NCBI GenBank assembly: GCA_963751455.1
Contig: CAVVUN010000001.1
Span: forward strand, 128,001 to 192,000
Source of the DNA: Nitrospirota bacterium
GTDB lineage: Bacteria > Nitrospirota > UBA9217
Length of the DNA stretch: 64,000 nucleotides
Reading direction: 5' to 3'
Below, one piece after another: positions 28,720-38,346 of the stretch; the stretch's first letter is position 1, and each line of letters starts with the position of its first letter. Under the pieces are notes generated by a model that did no database searches, was not told where the DNA came from, and worked only from the letters and a program-made list of their open reading frames with translations. The position numbers and the translations under genes are program-made.

Positions 28720-29537
28720 GTGCTCCCCCCCGGGTTTTGTACGACAGCAATCGCAATGCCCGCCCGATCTGCGCCATCGATAACCGCATCGCGGTCCAGA
28801 ATAATCGTTTTGCCTGCTTCAACTGCCAGACAGGCAGCCTTCACTTCCCTCATTGTCTGTATCGTTTGAGCGCCAAGTGCGGGAAGATCGAAACGAAGAT
28901 CCTGCTGGGGCTTGCAGACCTTCACGACAACTGCACCTTCACCGCAGAGACGCCCGCCCCGTCGAATGGCTTCGTCGGTCCCTTCGATGGCCTCGACCGC
29001 GAGTACCGCCTGGTTTTTGACGACAACGGTCTGTCCTATGTCAAGTCTCCCGATTTCCATGGCAATCTGCCAGCCGAACTCAATGTCCCGCTGCTCGTCC
29101 TTCGAAGGTTTTCTCCTGGTCAGTACGCCGGAAGGCGCCAGCAGGTTGTCCAGGTACAGCGTAGATTCACGGACCGTAATGCCCTCTGATTCCAGCTCCT
29201 CTGCAACTGCACGAAGCAGGGAATCATCTTTCTTGTGAACCATGCGGGCAAGCAGCGCAATCCCCCGCATATCGGGAGCAGCCCCGCCGAACAGCCGGGT
29301 TTTTTTAATCCCGCCCGCCATGAGCACATCGGTCACCCGCTGCTCCTTGAATATTTTAATCAGCTTGCCCAGTTGCCCGACTTTGACCCAGAATATCGCG
29401 TCGACGAGCTGCTCGAGCTCCGGAAGTGTTTCCCCTTCATGGGCTACGGCTATCACGTGAAGTCCTTTTTGTTTTGCGGCCCGTGCGAACGCAAGCGGGA
29501 ATGTGCCGTTGCCGGCTATCAGACCGATTGTCTTCAT
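28716..29537 (-). CDS. lpxI: UDP-2,3-diacylglucosamine diphosphatase LpxI
   Basis: IGLIAGNG.FP, LDIGQTVVV, AVEAIEGTD, KPQQDLRFDLP; ATG at 29537. Confidence 0.92.
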   Translation of the reverse strand: MKTIGLIAGNGTFPLAFARAAKQKGLHVIAVAHEGETLPELEQLVDAIFWVKVGQLGKLIKIFKEQRVTDVLMAGGIKKTRLFGGAAPDMRGIALLARMVHKKDDSLLRAVAEELESEGITVRESTLYLDNLLAPSGVLTRRKPSKDEQRDIEFGWQIAMEIGRLDIGQTVVVKNQAVLAVEAIEGTDEAIRRGGRLCGEGAVVVKVCKPQQDLRFDLPALGAQTIQTMREVKAACLAVEAGKTIILDRDAVIDGADRAGIAIAVVQNPGGST

Positions 29538-29732
29538 GTATCTCGATACCCGCGGTTCTCTCCGGTATTTTCTGTACAACACAAACCGGTTTTCGCGCCA
29601 GCCGCCAAGCAAATGAAAGAACCGAATAACCTGGTTTAGCTTTGTCTTCCCTTGTGTTCTTTGCGGTTCAGTGTGGCCGTTTTTTCGGCCATTGCGCGAG
29701 ACGACTCGCTTTTTCGACTTAGAAAGGTTACC

Positions 29733-30533
29733 TTACCTCGTCACTCCCCGTTTTGAGTGGCGCATAAAATCTACGAAATAGTTGACTTCCCGGGAATCCG
29801 GAAATTCCTCGACTGCCTTTTGGAAGGCTTCATCCAGCGTCAACCCGGACCGGAAAATTATCTTGTATGCCTTTTTCAGGTTATTTATCGTCTCATCGCT
29901 GAACCCCTTGCGTTTGAGCCCGATCGTATTCAGACCGTACAACTGGGCCCTGTTTCCTGCGGCGCTCACATATGGAGGGATGTCCTGTACGATTGCCGAC
30001 TGGCCCCCGATCATCGCGTATGCCCCAATTCGCACATGCTGATGAACGCCCACGATACCGCCCAAAATTGCGTAGTCCTCGATTACGATATGGCCTGCAA
30101 GACCTGCTGAATTCGCCATAATGATATTGTTGCCGAGTTTGCAGTCGTGCGCCACATGCGAATAGGCCATGAGGTAGTTGCCGTTTCCGATTTCGGTTTT
30201 GCGGTCCTCTTTGGTCGTGGCCCGGTGCACGGTCGCGCATTCCCTGATGACGTTGTCGTTACCGATGATGAGGTACGTCTCCTCGTTTTTGTAGCCGATA
30301 TCCTGGGGAGGCGTTCCCACGCTCGAAAAAGAATGGATCTGGTTGCGTTCTCCGATCGTGGTCCAGCCCTCGATCAGTACGTGAGATCTGATTTTGGTGT
30401 CCTTGCCGATCCTGACGTGCTCGCCGATCACGGAATACGGGCCTATCTCAACGCCCTCGCCGATCACCGCCCCGCGATGTACTAGTGCTGCCGGATGAAT
30501 GCTCAATTCCTTCTCCTGTGCCGCTGATTTCAT
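29733..30533 (-). CDS. lpxA: Acyl-ACP--UDP-N-acetylglucosamine O-acyltransferase
   Basis: Hexapeptide repeats; PPQD..Y, IRECAT.HRAT, MAYSHVAHDC, GLNTIGLKR. Confidence 0.96.
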   Translation of the reverse strand: MKSAAQEKELSIHPAALVHRGAVIGEGVEIGPYSVIGEHVRIGKDTKIRSHVLIEGWTTIGERNQIHSFSSVGTPPQDIGYKNEETYLIIGNDNVIRECATVHRATTKEDRKTEIGNGNYLMAYSHVAHDCKLGNNIIMANSAGLAGHIVIEDYAILGGIVGVHQHVRIGAYAMIGGQSAIVQDIPPYVSAAGNRAQLYGLNTIGLKRKGFSDETINNLKKAYKIIFRSGLTLDEAFQKAVEEFPDSREVNYFVDFMRHSKRGVTR

Positions 30534-30970
30534 TTGTCCACGACCATCGCCTTCATCTCGGCCTCGGCCACTACAGCACCCTCCACCTTCGCAACGGCCT
30601 TGAAGCTCTTGACCGGCCCTCGTTCCCTGATGATTTCAAGCTCGAAGCGAAGCTGGTCTCCGGGAACGACCGGCTTGCGGAATTTGGCGTTGTCGATGCT
30701 CATGAAATAAAGCACCTTTTTCTTCACCTCGTCTTCCGGCAACGATTTGAGCGCCATGACGCCGCCTACCTGCGCCATCGCCTCGAGCAGAAGGACGCCC
30801 GGCATGATCGGATGACCGGGAAAGTGGCCCTGGAAAAAAGGCTCGTTGATCGTCACGTTCTTCATTCCCACGATCCGCTTGTTCGCCTCGAATTCAAGGA
30901 TCCCGTCGATCATTAGAAATGGGTACCGATGTGGAAGAAAATTCATTATTTCATTAATGCCGAGGAGCAT
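30530..30970 (-). CDS. fabZ: 3-hydroxyacyl-ACP dehydratase
   Basis: LPHRYPFLMID, KNVTINEPFFQGHFP..PIMPGVLLLEAMAQ. Confidence 0.97.
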   Translation of the reverse strand: MLLGINEIMNFLPHRYPFLMIDGILEFEANKRIVGMKNVTINEPFFQGHFPGHPIMPGVLLLEAMAQVGGVMALKSLPEDEVKKKVLYFMSIDNAKFRKPVVPGDQLRFELEIIRERGPVKSFKAVAKVEGAVVAEAEMKAMVVDK

Positions 30971-31041
30971 GAGCTATCCCCTTTCTCCTAATTATTATTT
31001 GGTTCGCCGGGTGCGCGCTATACAGCGGCTTACCCGGATGC

Positions 31042-32061
31042 TTACTTTTTTTCCTTCAATTCCCGGAGCTGCTTTTCCAGGCTCATGATCGCTTTTTTCA
31101 GCTCCGGCAGCTTCGGCAATATTGCCTGGACCTTGAGCCATTCGCGAATCGGGATCGCGTTGAATCCGGCTATGATCTGGCCGGCGTCCACATCCCTGAC
31201 GATTACTGCCTTGCCGCCGGCCATAACGCCGTCACCAATGCTGATGTGGTCTGACACGCCCACCTGACCTCCCAACACGACATATTTCCCGAGCGTACTG
31301 CTTCCGGCTATCCCGGTCTGCCCCGCAAGCAGGCAGTGCTCCCCTACGGTTACGTTGTGCGCCACATGCACCTGATTATCGAGCTTGGTCCCTTTTTTAA
31401 TAACTGTGTTCCCGAGCGTAGCGCGGTCAATAGAGCAATTGGCCCCGATTTCCACGTTGTCCTCTACGATCACGCCTCCGACCTGCGGAATCTTGTGATG
31501 CACACCGCCCTCGGTCACGAATCCGAAACCGTCGCTTCCGAGTACGGTGCCGGAATGAACGATCACCCGCTTGCCGATAGAGCTGCCGTGTCCGATGCTC
31601 ACATTAGAAAAAATCACGGTATCATCATCGATTATCGAATCCCGGCCCACATACACGCCGGAATGTATGGTCACCCGGCTGCCTATCCTGACGTTGTCGT
31701 CGATAACGGCGAACGGACGAATGGAGCAGTCGCTACCGATGACAACCTGTTTTCCTATGGCTGCCCGATCGCTGACTCCGGTAGGCAGGGAGGGCCGCAC
31801 ATAGAAAAGCTCCAGAGTCCGGGCAAATGCAAGTCGGGGGTTTTTAACGCGAAGCAGAGGAAGGCGCATTACAGGCGCATCATACGGTACGAGAGCGGCA
31901 GACGCTTTCGATTGCTCCAGGTCCTTGAGGTAATTCAGCCCGGCGATAAAGGTCACGAATCCTTTGCCTGCCTCATGTATTCCGGCCGATCCGACGATCT
32001 CTATATCGGCTGGTCCGGTCAGTTCGGCGCCGAGTAATTCCGCTAATTTCCCAAGTTTCAT
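31042..32061 (-). CDS. lpxD: UDP-3-O-(3-hydroxyacyl)glucosamine N-acyltransferase
   Basis: GSDGFGF, KIPQVGGV, EIGAN..IDRA, KLDNQVHVAHNV. Confidence 0.96.
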   Translation of the reverse strand: MKLGKLAELLGAELTGPADIEIVGSAGIHEAGKGFVTFIAGLNYLKDLEQSKASAALVPYDAPVMRLPLLRVKNPRLAFARTLELFYVRPSLPTGVSDRAAIGKQVVIGSDCSIRPFAVIDDNVRIGSRVTIHSGVYVGRDSIIDDDTVIFSNVSIGHGSSIGKRVIVHSGTVLGSDGFGFVTEGGVHHKIPQVGGVIVEDNVEIGANCSIDRATLGNTVIKKGTKLDNQVHVAHNVTVGEHCLLAGQTGIAGSSTLGKYVVLGGQVGVSDHISIGDGVMAGGKAVIVRDVDAGQIIAGFNAIPIREWLKVQAILPKLPELKKAIMSLEKQLRELKEKK

Positions 32062-32092
32062 AGAAATGATTTTTGACTTCCGCTCATTAGAA

Positions 32093-32117
32093 GACCCTTC
32101 ACTTCGTTCAGGGTGAC
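32093..32117. repeat. REP-like short palindromic element (single copy)
   Basis: GACCCTTCACTTCGTTCAGGGTGAC; the reverse complement GTCACCCTGAACGAAGTGAAGGGTC resembles the widespread GTCATCCTGAGCGAAGCGAAGGATC-type repeats. Confidence 0.45.
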
Positions 32118-32140
32118 GGTTTTAAATTGTATAAAAACCG

Positions 32141-32692
32141 TCACTTCTTGACGTCTTCCTGTTTGTCCATCTCCGTGATGACCTTTGCCGTCAGATCGAG
32201 ATCTTCATCGGCATAAAGAATCGAGGGAACTTCGGCCTTGGAGAGAACGTTGATCGTTTTGTTCATCACGAGGGAGACCTTTTCCTTCTTGGCAATGTCC
32301 TTGAGTACCGCGACCATATGCTGGTTGAACTCATTCGACAGCTCCTCGTTTTTCTTGCTGATCTCGGCGCTGAAATCGTTCCGCTTCTTGTCGAAGTCGT
32401 TGATCTTTCGTCCGACCGTCTCTTCCTTCTCCTTCTGAGCCTTTTCGTTCAGGAGTTTTGCCTGTTTTTGCTTATTGTATTCTTCCTGCAGCTTTTGGAT
32501 TTCATCAGCGTCCATATCCAGTATCTTCTTCCGGCTTTCATAATATTCCCGAACGATACCCTGATATTTCTTGCCGAGTTTCGTCTTGTCGAACACGCTC
32601 TGCGTATCGACGTATGCGATTTTGCCTCCGGCTGCCGATGCCTGTACGGCCATAAGACTTATTGCTGCGATCATCAATAGTATCTTTTTCAT
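32141..32692 (-). CDS. skp: OmpH/Skp periplasmic chaperone
   Basis: Signal peptide, KIAYVD, long coiled coil, ILYAD..DLT..VI; lies between bamA and lpxD. Confidence 0.9.
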   Translation of the reverse strand: MKKILLMIAAISLMAVQASAAGGKIAYVDTQSVFDKTKLGKKYQGIVREYYESRKKILDMDADEIQKLQEEYNKQKQAKLLNEKAQKEKEETVGRKINDFDKKRNDFSAEISKKNEELSNEFNQHMVAVLKDIAKKEKVSLVMNKTINVLSKAEVPSILYADEDLDLTAKVITEMDKQEDVKK

Positions 32693-32780
32693 TGAGCCTC
32701 CTCAAATCACATTGTTATAAGCAGCCAAACTGCTGCGCTGCTTGGACTTCGTAAAGCGGCTGACGAGTTCTTATTTACCG

Positions 32781-35219
32781 CTAGAACAGGGTGCCGATAT
32801 TGAATTCGAATTGGCTCGCCTGGTCCTCGGGCTTTCTGTTCACGATATAACCCCATTCAAAGCGCAGCGGTCCGAGCGGCGACAGCCACCAGAACCCCAA
32901 TCCCCAGCCTTGCTTCAAGTCACGGAAACTGATCCGTGTCGGATCGTCAGCAAGCGCTTCATCGACTCTATTTCGAAGAATATCGTCCGCGAAAGCCCTT
33001 CCAATATCGTAAAATATCACTCCCTTAAGGCGTGCAGCGGGTACCAAGGGGAAATTATATTCAAAGTTGAATATCAACTCCTTGTTGCCTCCCACCCTGT
33101 TTCCGGAGCTGTCAACCGGACCAACCGTTCCATACCTGAACCCGCGCACTGTACCACCTCCGCCGCTGGTCCCGCCGACGAAGAAGCGTTCGCCGATCGG
33201 CACCGGCTTATCGATCAAAGAGCGTATTGCGCCGATCCGGCCCCTGGCCATGAATACCGTGTCCCAGAACAGAGGGAAAAACCATGCGGAATCAGCCACG
33301 GACTTGATGAACTGAGGGTCACCGCCCAGTACCCCTCCCGCATATTCGACAAATATGCTGTTTTTCGAACCGGTTCGCGGATCCAGATAGAAATCACGCG
33401 AATCCCGTGTCAGAGATGCTGTTAAGGCACTCGTTGTTACCGCCGTTCCATAGAACTGGAGCTGCTGCTCCAGTACGTACGGATTTCGACTTGTCTCATC
33501 GATTTCCTTGACCCCGGAACTGTCGAGACTGTACCGGATCGAACCTGAAAGAAACTCATCGAACGTTTTGCCGAAGCCGAGCGCGAAACCGTTCGAATCG
33601 AGAGTGTAACCATCGTACAGCTGTGTCTGACGGTACAGATCTATTCTTCCATATACCGGTTCGTCAAAAAGATACGGCTCCATGAAGCTGAGCATCATTA
33701 TTCGATGCTTGCCGCCCCATTGCGTTTTAAATTTAAGAAGCTGGCCGCGGCCCGCCAGATTGCCTTGTGTCACTTCCGCGATTCCCACAAGCCGGTCAAC
33801 CGAGCTGTAGCCTCCGCCGACGCTCAACGTGCCTGTCATTTTCTCCCTGACCTTGACGTTCAGGTCCATGACCGGCTCCCGCAAACGCCGCTCGGGCGCG
33901 ATATCCACAGTTTCGAAGAAATTCAGATTGTTGATCCGTTCATAGCTCCGCTTGATCGCCTTCTTGCTGTACAGGTCACCTTCGTTCAGCCGCATTTCGC
34001 GCCTTACTACCTTGTCGCGCGTCTTGCTGTTGCCGGTGATGTTGATCCTGCCTATTTGGACCTCTCCGCCCTCCTGGATCTCGATATTGATTGCAACGGT
34101 CTTCCTCTCCGGGTTTATATCGAACAACGGCACAACGCTTGCGAACGGACGAGCGATGCCGTCGTAGCGGTCCATGATCCTGTTGACATCCTGCCGGAGC
34201 ATTTCCCTGCTGAAGATGTCGCCCTTTTTAAGCTTGATCTCTTTATCGAGCTCGCTGTCGGAAAGGATGGAGTTCCCCTTGAATGTGACGGAACCGACTT
34301 TGAACTGTTCGCCTTCCCGGATGTTGATGGTAACGACAAGTTCATTCTTCTCCGCGTACGTTCTCAACGGGCCGAATTCGAAACGTTCTTCATCCGGCAG
34401 CCATGTTTCCGAGCGCCTGGTGACAATCTTCGGTTTAATGACCGGCTCATCCACCTGTACCTGGATATAGCCCTTGTTGTAATACAGATTCCTGATGGTT
34501 TCCAGATCTTCGGTGAGGTCTTCGGTCCGCAGAGTGCCGCTCCTGCCCAAGAACGAAAAGAACCAGTGTTCCTGGTTCTTGAGGGGTTCCTTGATCTCGT
34601 CATCGGTCAGCGCCTTGTTGCCTGTTATGACGATATCGGACAGCTTTACTTTGTCCTTTTCTTCGATATAAAAGACGACATTCCTGTCGCCCCCGCGCAC
34701 TTCGGTAATGACCGGAACAACGACGGCATCGTAGTACCCGGAGTCCTGATATTTCAACCGTATCTTTTCCGCGGTTTCCTGGATGAGTTGGATGTTAAAA
34801 GCGGCGCGCGGAAGCAGGGTCATTCCCTCTTTCAGCTTCTCAGTCGTCAGTTCATCATTGCCTTCAAAAGAGATTTCCCGTATCAGCGGTTTTTCTCTGA
34901 CAGAGAAAATGACTTTCAGTCCGTCCTCGAACCCCTCGGTCTTGACCTGAACGTCCTCGAAATGGCCCAGCTGATACAGGCTCTTGATATCTTCTTTTAG
35001 CTGCGCCGGCGAGAACGGCTCCCCTTCCCGGGTTTTTACCTTTGCCAGAATCGTCGCAGCTTCGATCCTTCTGTTTCCCTGAACCTCGACAAACGTAACT
35101 TTTGTCTGTTCTGCTGGGTTTGTTTCTCCGGTTTTGGTTGTTTCTGAAGCCCGGCAGACCGTTTGCAGCGCGATCAGCATCAAGGCACAGCTGAGAAAAA
35201 CACCTAGTTGTCTTGCCAC
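32781..35219 (-). CDS. bamA: Outer membrane protein assembly factor BamA
   Basis: POTRA repeats (GNRRIE, GN.KTRDKVVRRE), VRGF motif, C-terminal FEFNIGTLF; GTG start at 35219 after GGAGG. Confidence 0.96.
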   Translation of the reverse strand: MARQLGVFLSCALMLIALQTVCRASETTKTGETNPAEQTKVTFVEVQGNRRIEAATILAKVKTREGEPFSPAQLKEDIKSLYQLGHFEDVQVKTEGFEDGLKVIFSVREKPLIREISFEGNDELTTEKLKEGMTLLPRAAFNIQLIQETAEKIRLKYQDSGYYDAVVVPVITEVRGGDRNVVFYIEEKDKVKLSDIVITGNKALTDDEIKEPLKNQEHWFFSFLGRSGTLRTEDLTEDLETIRNLYYNKGYIQVQVDEPVIKPKIVTRRSETWLPDEERFEFGPLRTYAEKNELVVTINIREGEQFKVGSVTFKGNSILSDSELDKEIKLKKGDIFSREMLRQDVNRIMDRYDGIARPFASVVPLFDINPERKTVAINIEIQEGGEVQIGRINITGNSKTRDKVVRREMRLNEGDLYSKKAIKRSYERINNLNFFETVDIAPERRLREPVMDLNVKVREKMTGTLSVGGGYSSVDRLVGIAEVTQGNLAGRGQLLKFKTQWGGKHRIMMLSFMEPYLFDEPVYGRIDLYRQTQLYDGYTLDSNGFALGFGKTFDEFLSGSIRYSLDSSGVKEIDETSRNPYVLEQQLQFYGTAVTTSALTASLTRDSRDFYLDPRTGSKNSIFVEYAGGVLGGDPQFIKSVADSAWFFPLFWDTVFMARGRIGAIRSLIDKPVPIGERFFVGGTSGGGGTVRGFRYGTVGPVDSSGNRVGGNKELIFNFEYNFPLVPAARLKGVIFYDIGRAFADDILRNRVDEALADDPTRISFRDLKQGWGLGFWWLSPLGPLRFEWGYIVNRKPEDQASQFEFNIGTLF

Positions 35220-35295
35220 CTTTATTGCACCCTCCGGAGTCCGCGATAAAGAACGGATTACTATAGCATTTACAAAGGGATGTGTAAACAAAATT

Positions 35296-36426
35296 CTATA
35301 AACAGAGCCTTGTTACGGCCTCGTTGGTGAGTAAAAAACCGCGCCGGGTCAGCCTCAGCATACCCGCTCTCTCTTCGATCAACCCGGTCTGCTTAAGCAC
35401 GTCCGCCTTCATCACGAGTTGCTGCCGCGCGCCAGGACCGAATTCCTTTTCATAAAGACCGAGGTCGAGTCCCCTGCTCATCCTGAGACCCAGCATTACT
35501 TGTTCATTTGCGGACTGGACGGGTTCCAGGACTTCGGCGCCTTCAGTAACGGACCGGCCGTCAAGCATCCGCGAGGCATATTCGCGGATGTCGGCAATAG
35601 TTTGATACCGTTTACCTGAAATAAAGGACCAAGCGCCCGGACCAAGTCCCAGGTATTCTCCCCGCTCCCAATAGTTGGTGTTATGGCGGCATGCAAAACC
35701 GGGAAGCGAGAAATTAGATATTTCGTAGTGATCGTAGCCGGCAGTGATCAGCCTTTCGACGGCCTGTTCATACTGGCCTGCAGTATATTCATCATCCGGG
35801 AGAGTAAATCGGCCATGAGCTGCCTCCCGTTCGAAATGGGACCCGTTGTCCAGGGATAGACAGTAGGTTGATATGTGTTCCGGCCTCATCCGCACGGCAG
35901 TTTCCACGGTCTCGTTCCAGAGCTCTTCTGTCTGACCGGGCACCCCATAAATAAGATCGATGCCAATATTGGAAAAACCCGTGATTCTAGCAAGCTTGAA
36001 CACTTCAAGAGAGTCGCGAACAGTATGGACTCTGCCGAGTTTCCCTAAAACCTCATCGGAAAATGATTGCACGCCCAAGCTAAGCCGGTTTATACCGTGT
36101 TCCCGCAAACTGCTGAAAAGGCTTATCGAACTTGTATTAGGGTTTGCTTCAATCGTCCATTCAGCGTCCGGGGAGATATGAAAACTGTCCCGAATAATAT
36201 TGATCAGCATTACCAGTTGATTCGAATCGAGAACCGTCGGCGTTCCGCCGCCGATATAGACTGTTTCGAATACCCGGTTTTTGAATGAAACTTCATATCG
36301 TGAGGCCTCGGCGCGGAGACCTTCCAGGTAACTGTGGGCAGCTTGCCGAGAATATACTGTTGAATAAAAGCTACAGTAGTGGCATTTTCTAACACAAAAT
36401 GGAATATGTACGTATATGGATAACAT
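35296..36426 (-). CDS. hemW: Radical SAM heme chaperone HemW
   Basis: YVHIPFC..KCHYCSF, YIGGGTP, EANP, HYEISNF, HN.NYW. Confidence 0.9.
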   Translation of the reverse strand: MLSIYVHIPFCVRKCHYCSFYSTVYSRQAAHSYLEGLRAEASRYEVSFKNRVFETVYIGGGTPTVLDSNQLVMLINIIRDSFHISPDAEWTIEANPNTSSISLFSSLREHGINRLSLGVQSFSDEVLGKLGRVHTVRDSLEVFKLARITGFSNIGIDLIYGVPGQTEELWNETVETAVRMRPEHISTYCLSLDNGSHFEREAAHGRFTLPDDEYTAGQYEQAVERLITAGYDHYEISNFSLPGFACRHNTNYWERGEYLGLGPGAWSFISGKRYQTIADIREYASRMLDGRSVTEGAEVLEPVQSANEQVMLGLRMSRGLDLGLYEKEFGPGARQQLVMKADVLKQTGLIEERAGMLRLTRRGFLLTNEAVTRLCL

Positions 36427-36519
36427 TGTCTTCTTTATATTAATTAATGTTATAGAAGGCTGCACAACCGGGCTGGCGGTTATGATTGCAACCCATGTGC
36501 CATTCGGGATAGTGCCGTA

Positions 36520-36978
36520 TCAAGGATTTGGAATCCGAATGAGGAGCGCGGACTCATCGCAGTTGGGGAACTTGACGCAATTGAGGCAGTCGGTCCAGAT
36601 TTTATGAGGAAGTTCTTTCTTGTCCACTTCATTAAAACCGAGTTTTTTGAAAAACCCGCCTTGGTAGGTGAGGACGAATACTTTCTCAACCTGCAGTTCT
36701 GCTGCTTCAGCGAGGCACCGGCGCACCAGTTCTGAGCCGACACCCCGCTTCATCGTGTCCGGTCTAACAGCCAGTGATCTGATTTCGGCAAGTTTGTCCC
36801 AGCTGACGTGGAGCGCACAGACACCTGTAAGGTTACCGTTGTCTTCAGATACATGAAAATCACGCAAATGCTCATAGAGTTCGTTCAAAGTCCGGGGAAG
36901 CATCTGTCCGGATTCGGCAAACCCGTTAATGAGCGACTGGATATGTTTGACATCCGCCAGTTTCGCTTTCCTAATCAT
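36520..36978 (-). CDS. GNAT N-acetyltransferase (short ArgA-like)
   Basis: MIRKA...MLPR, LAEIRSLAV, FVLTY..FF.KLGF, LPHKIWTDCLNCVKFPNCDE. Confidence 0.85.
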   Translation of the reverse strand: MIRKAKLADVKHIQSLINGFAESGQMLPRTLNELYEHLRDFHVSEDNGNLTGVCALHVSWDKLAEIRSLAVRPDTMKRGVGSELVRRCLAEAAELQVEKVFVLTYQGGFFKKLGFNEVDKKELPHKIWTDCLNCVKFPNCDESALLIRIPNP

Positions 36979-37238
36979 ACGGCAAAAACTACTATGTTAG
37001 GTCTTCAAAGTCAATAAAAAACATTACCGTTCTACGCGCTTTGCCGAAATGTGCGCGATTGCCGCTGTCACAATGTTCATACAGAATAATTAATTTTTTT
37101 GAAGCGGTTTCTGTTGATAGAAACAGCAGTTTCTGATAGTATAGCTGCAGATTTTATTGTGGTTCTTTAGAGTAAGTGAAGCGGACATATAATCTTTCTT
37201 GTACTGAAAGCCACCGGACGAGGAGAGACCGGACTCAT

Positions 37239-38180
37239 ATGAAAATGCTGAAATATTTCATTTTGGTTGCAGTCGCCGCTTTATTAAGCGTTCTCGCTGC
37301 CGTCAGTTGTATACGGGGCGGGAAACTAGACTCGATAATCATTACGCCGGATAACCCGATCATCGCTATTGGCACAAAGCAGCAGTTTAAAGCCACGGCA
37401 CATTTTACAGACGGCACTGCGCTTACGTGGACTTCAGCGGCCAATTGGACATCATCAAACCCCGATGCAGTTGCGATTGGAAACGTGACCGGCTCATTCG
37501 GCGTTGCGACTTCTCTCACCGGTACGGGGGCCTTTACTATAATAGCAACCGATCCAGCAAATGGAATTGAAGATTCTACAACACTGATTGTTGCCGAACC
37601 AGATGCGCTTGAACTGACACCGGCCAATGCATTCATGGCAATCGGAACAACGCATCAGTTTATTGCTGCCGCTCTATTTTCAAACACGAGCGGGACCCAG
37701 AATTTGTCATCATTTGCAACGTGGAAGACGACCGTCCCGTCCGTCGCGACAGTCAGCGGTACAGGCCTTGTCACCGCAAATACGGCCACTGCCGGCTCGA
37801 CTGAGCTGGTTTCCGAATACACATTCACGGATCCAGACACTGATCTTGTTTCCAGAATATCGGACACTACTATCATAACCATAACAGAAACGGCGCTCGA
37901 TTCGATTACAGTAACTTCAGTTCCTGCCGTCGATCCACTGACGATCATGGTCGGACAGACCATGCAGTTCATAGCAATGGGAAATTACCCGGGCAGCACA
38001 GCGACGAGAGATTTTACCCAATCGGTCTCATGGACTTCCTCGGATTCTAACGTTGCAAATATCAGTAATATACCGGGTTCAAATGGTTTTGCAACAGGCA
38101 TCTCCACGGGCACAACGATCATTACGGCGACTGATCCGATAACAAACAAATTAGGAAGCATAACGCTGACGATACAATGA
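37239..38180 (+). CDS. Lipoprotein with three bacterial Ig-like (Big_2) domains
   Basis: Lipobox AVSC; three repeats of SI.ITP...G..QF.A...WTSS..VA. Confidence 0.8.
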   Translation: MKMLKYFILVAVAALLSVLAAVSCIRGGKLDSIIITPDNPIIAIGTKQQFKATAHFTDGTALTWTSAANWTSSNPDAVAIGNVTGSFGVATSLTGTGAFTIIATDPANGIEDSTTLIVAEPDALELTPANAFMAIGTTHQFIAAALFSNTSGTQNLSSFATWKTTVPSVATVSGTGLVTANTATAGSTELVSEYTFTDPDTDLVSRISDTTIITITETALDSITVTSVPAVDPLTIMVGQTMQFIAMGNYPGSTATRDFTQSVSWTSSDSNVANISNIPGSNGFATGISTGTTIITATDPITNKLGSITLTIQ

Positions 38181-38346
38181 GAACGTTGATTGTTTTTCTT
38201 GATAGAACCTGGGAAATATCACAGTATCGGCAGTCGATCTCTAATGCGGTGTTCGCGTCCCGGCAAAAGGGCTCTTGACTTTACAACTCTGATTGGAGTA
38301 TATTTTAAGCAGGTTTGAAAAGATTTATTTAAGGCGGTTTTCCATG

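Noticed and set aside
29585-29715. Intergenic lpxA-lpxI stretch with weak inverted character (TTTCGCGC...GCGCGAGA, GGCCG...CGGCC)
   Set aside because: Too degenerate to define a repeat unit or element; the ORF-track N-terminal extension of lpxI into it is also unsupported.
33705-35000. 431-aa plus-strand ORF
   Set aside because: Antisense shadow of bamA with no recognisable motifs.
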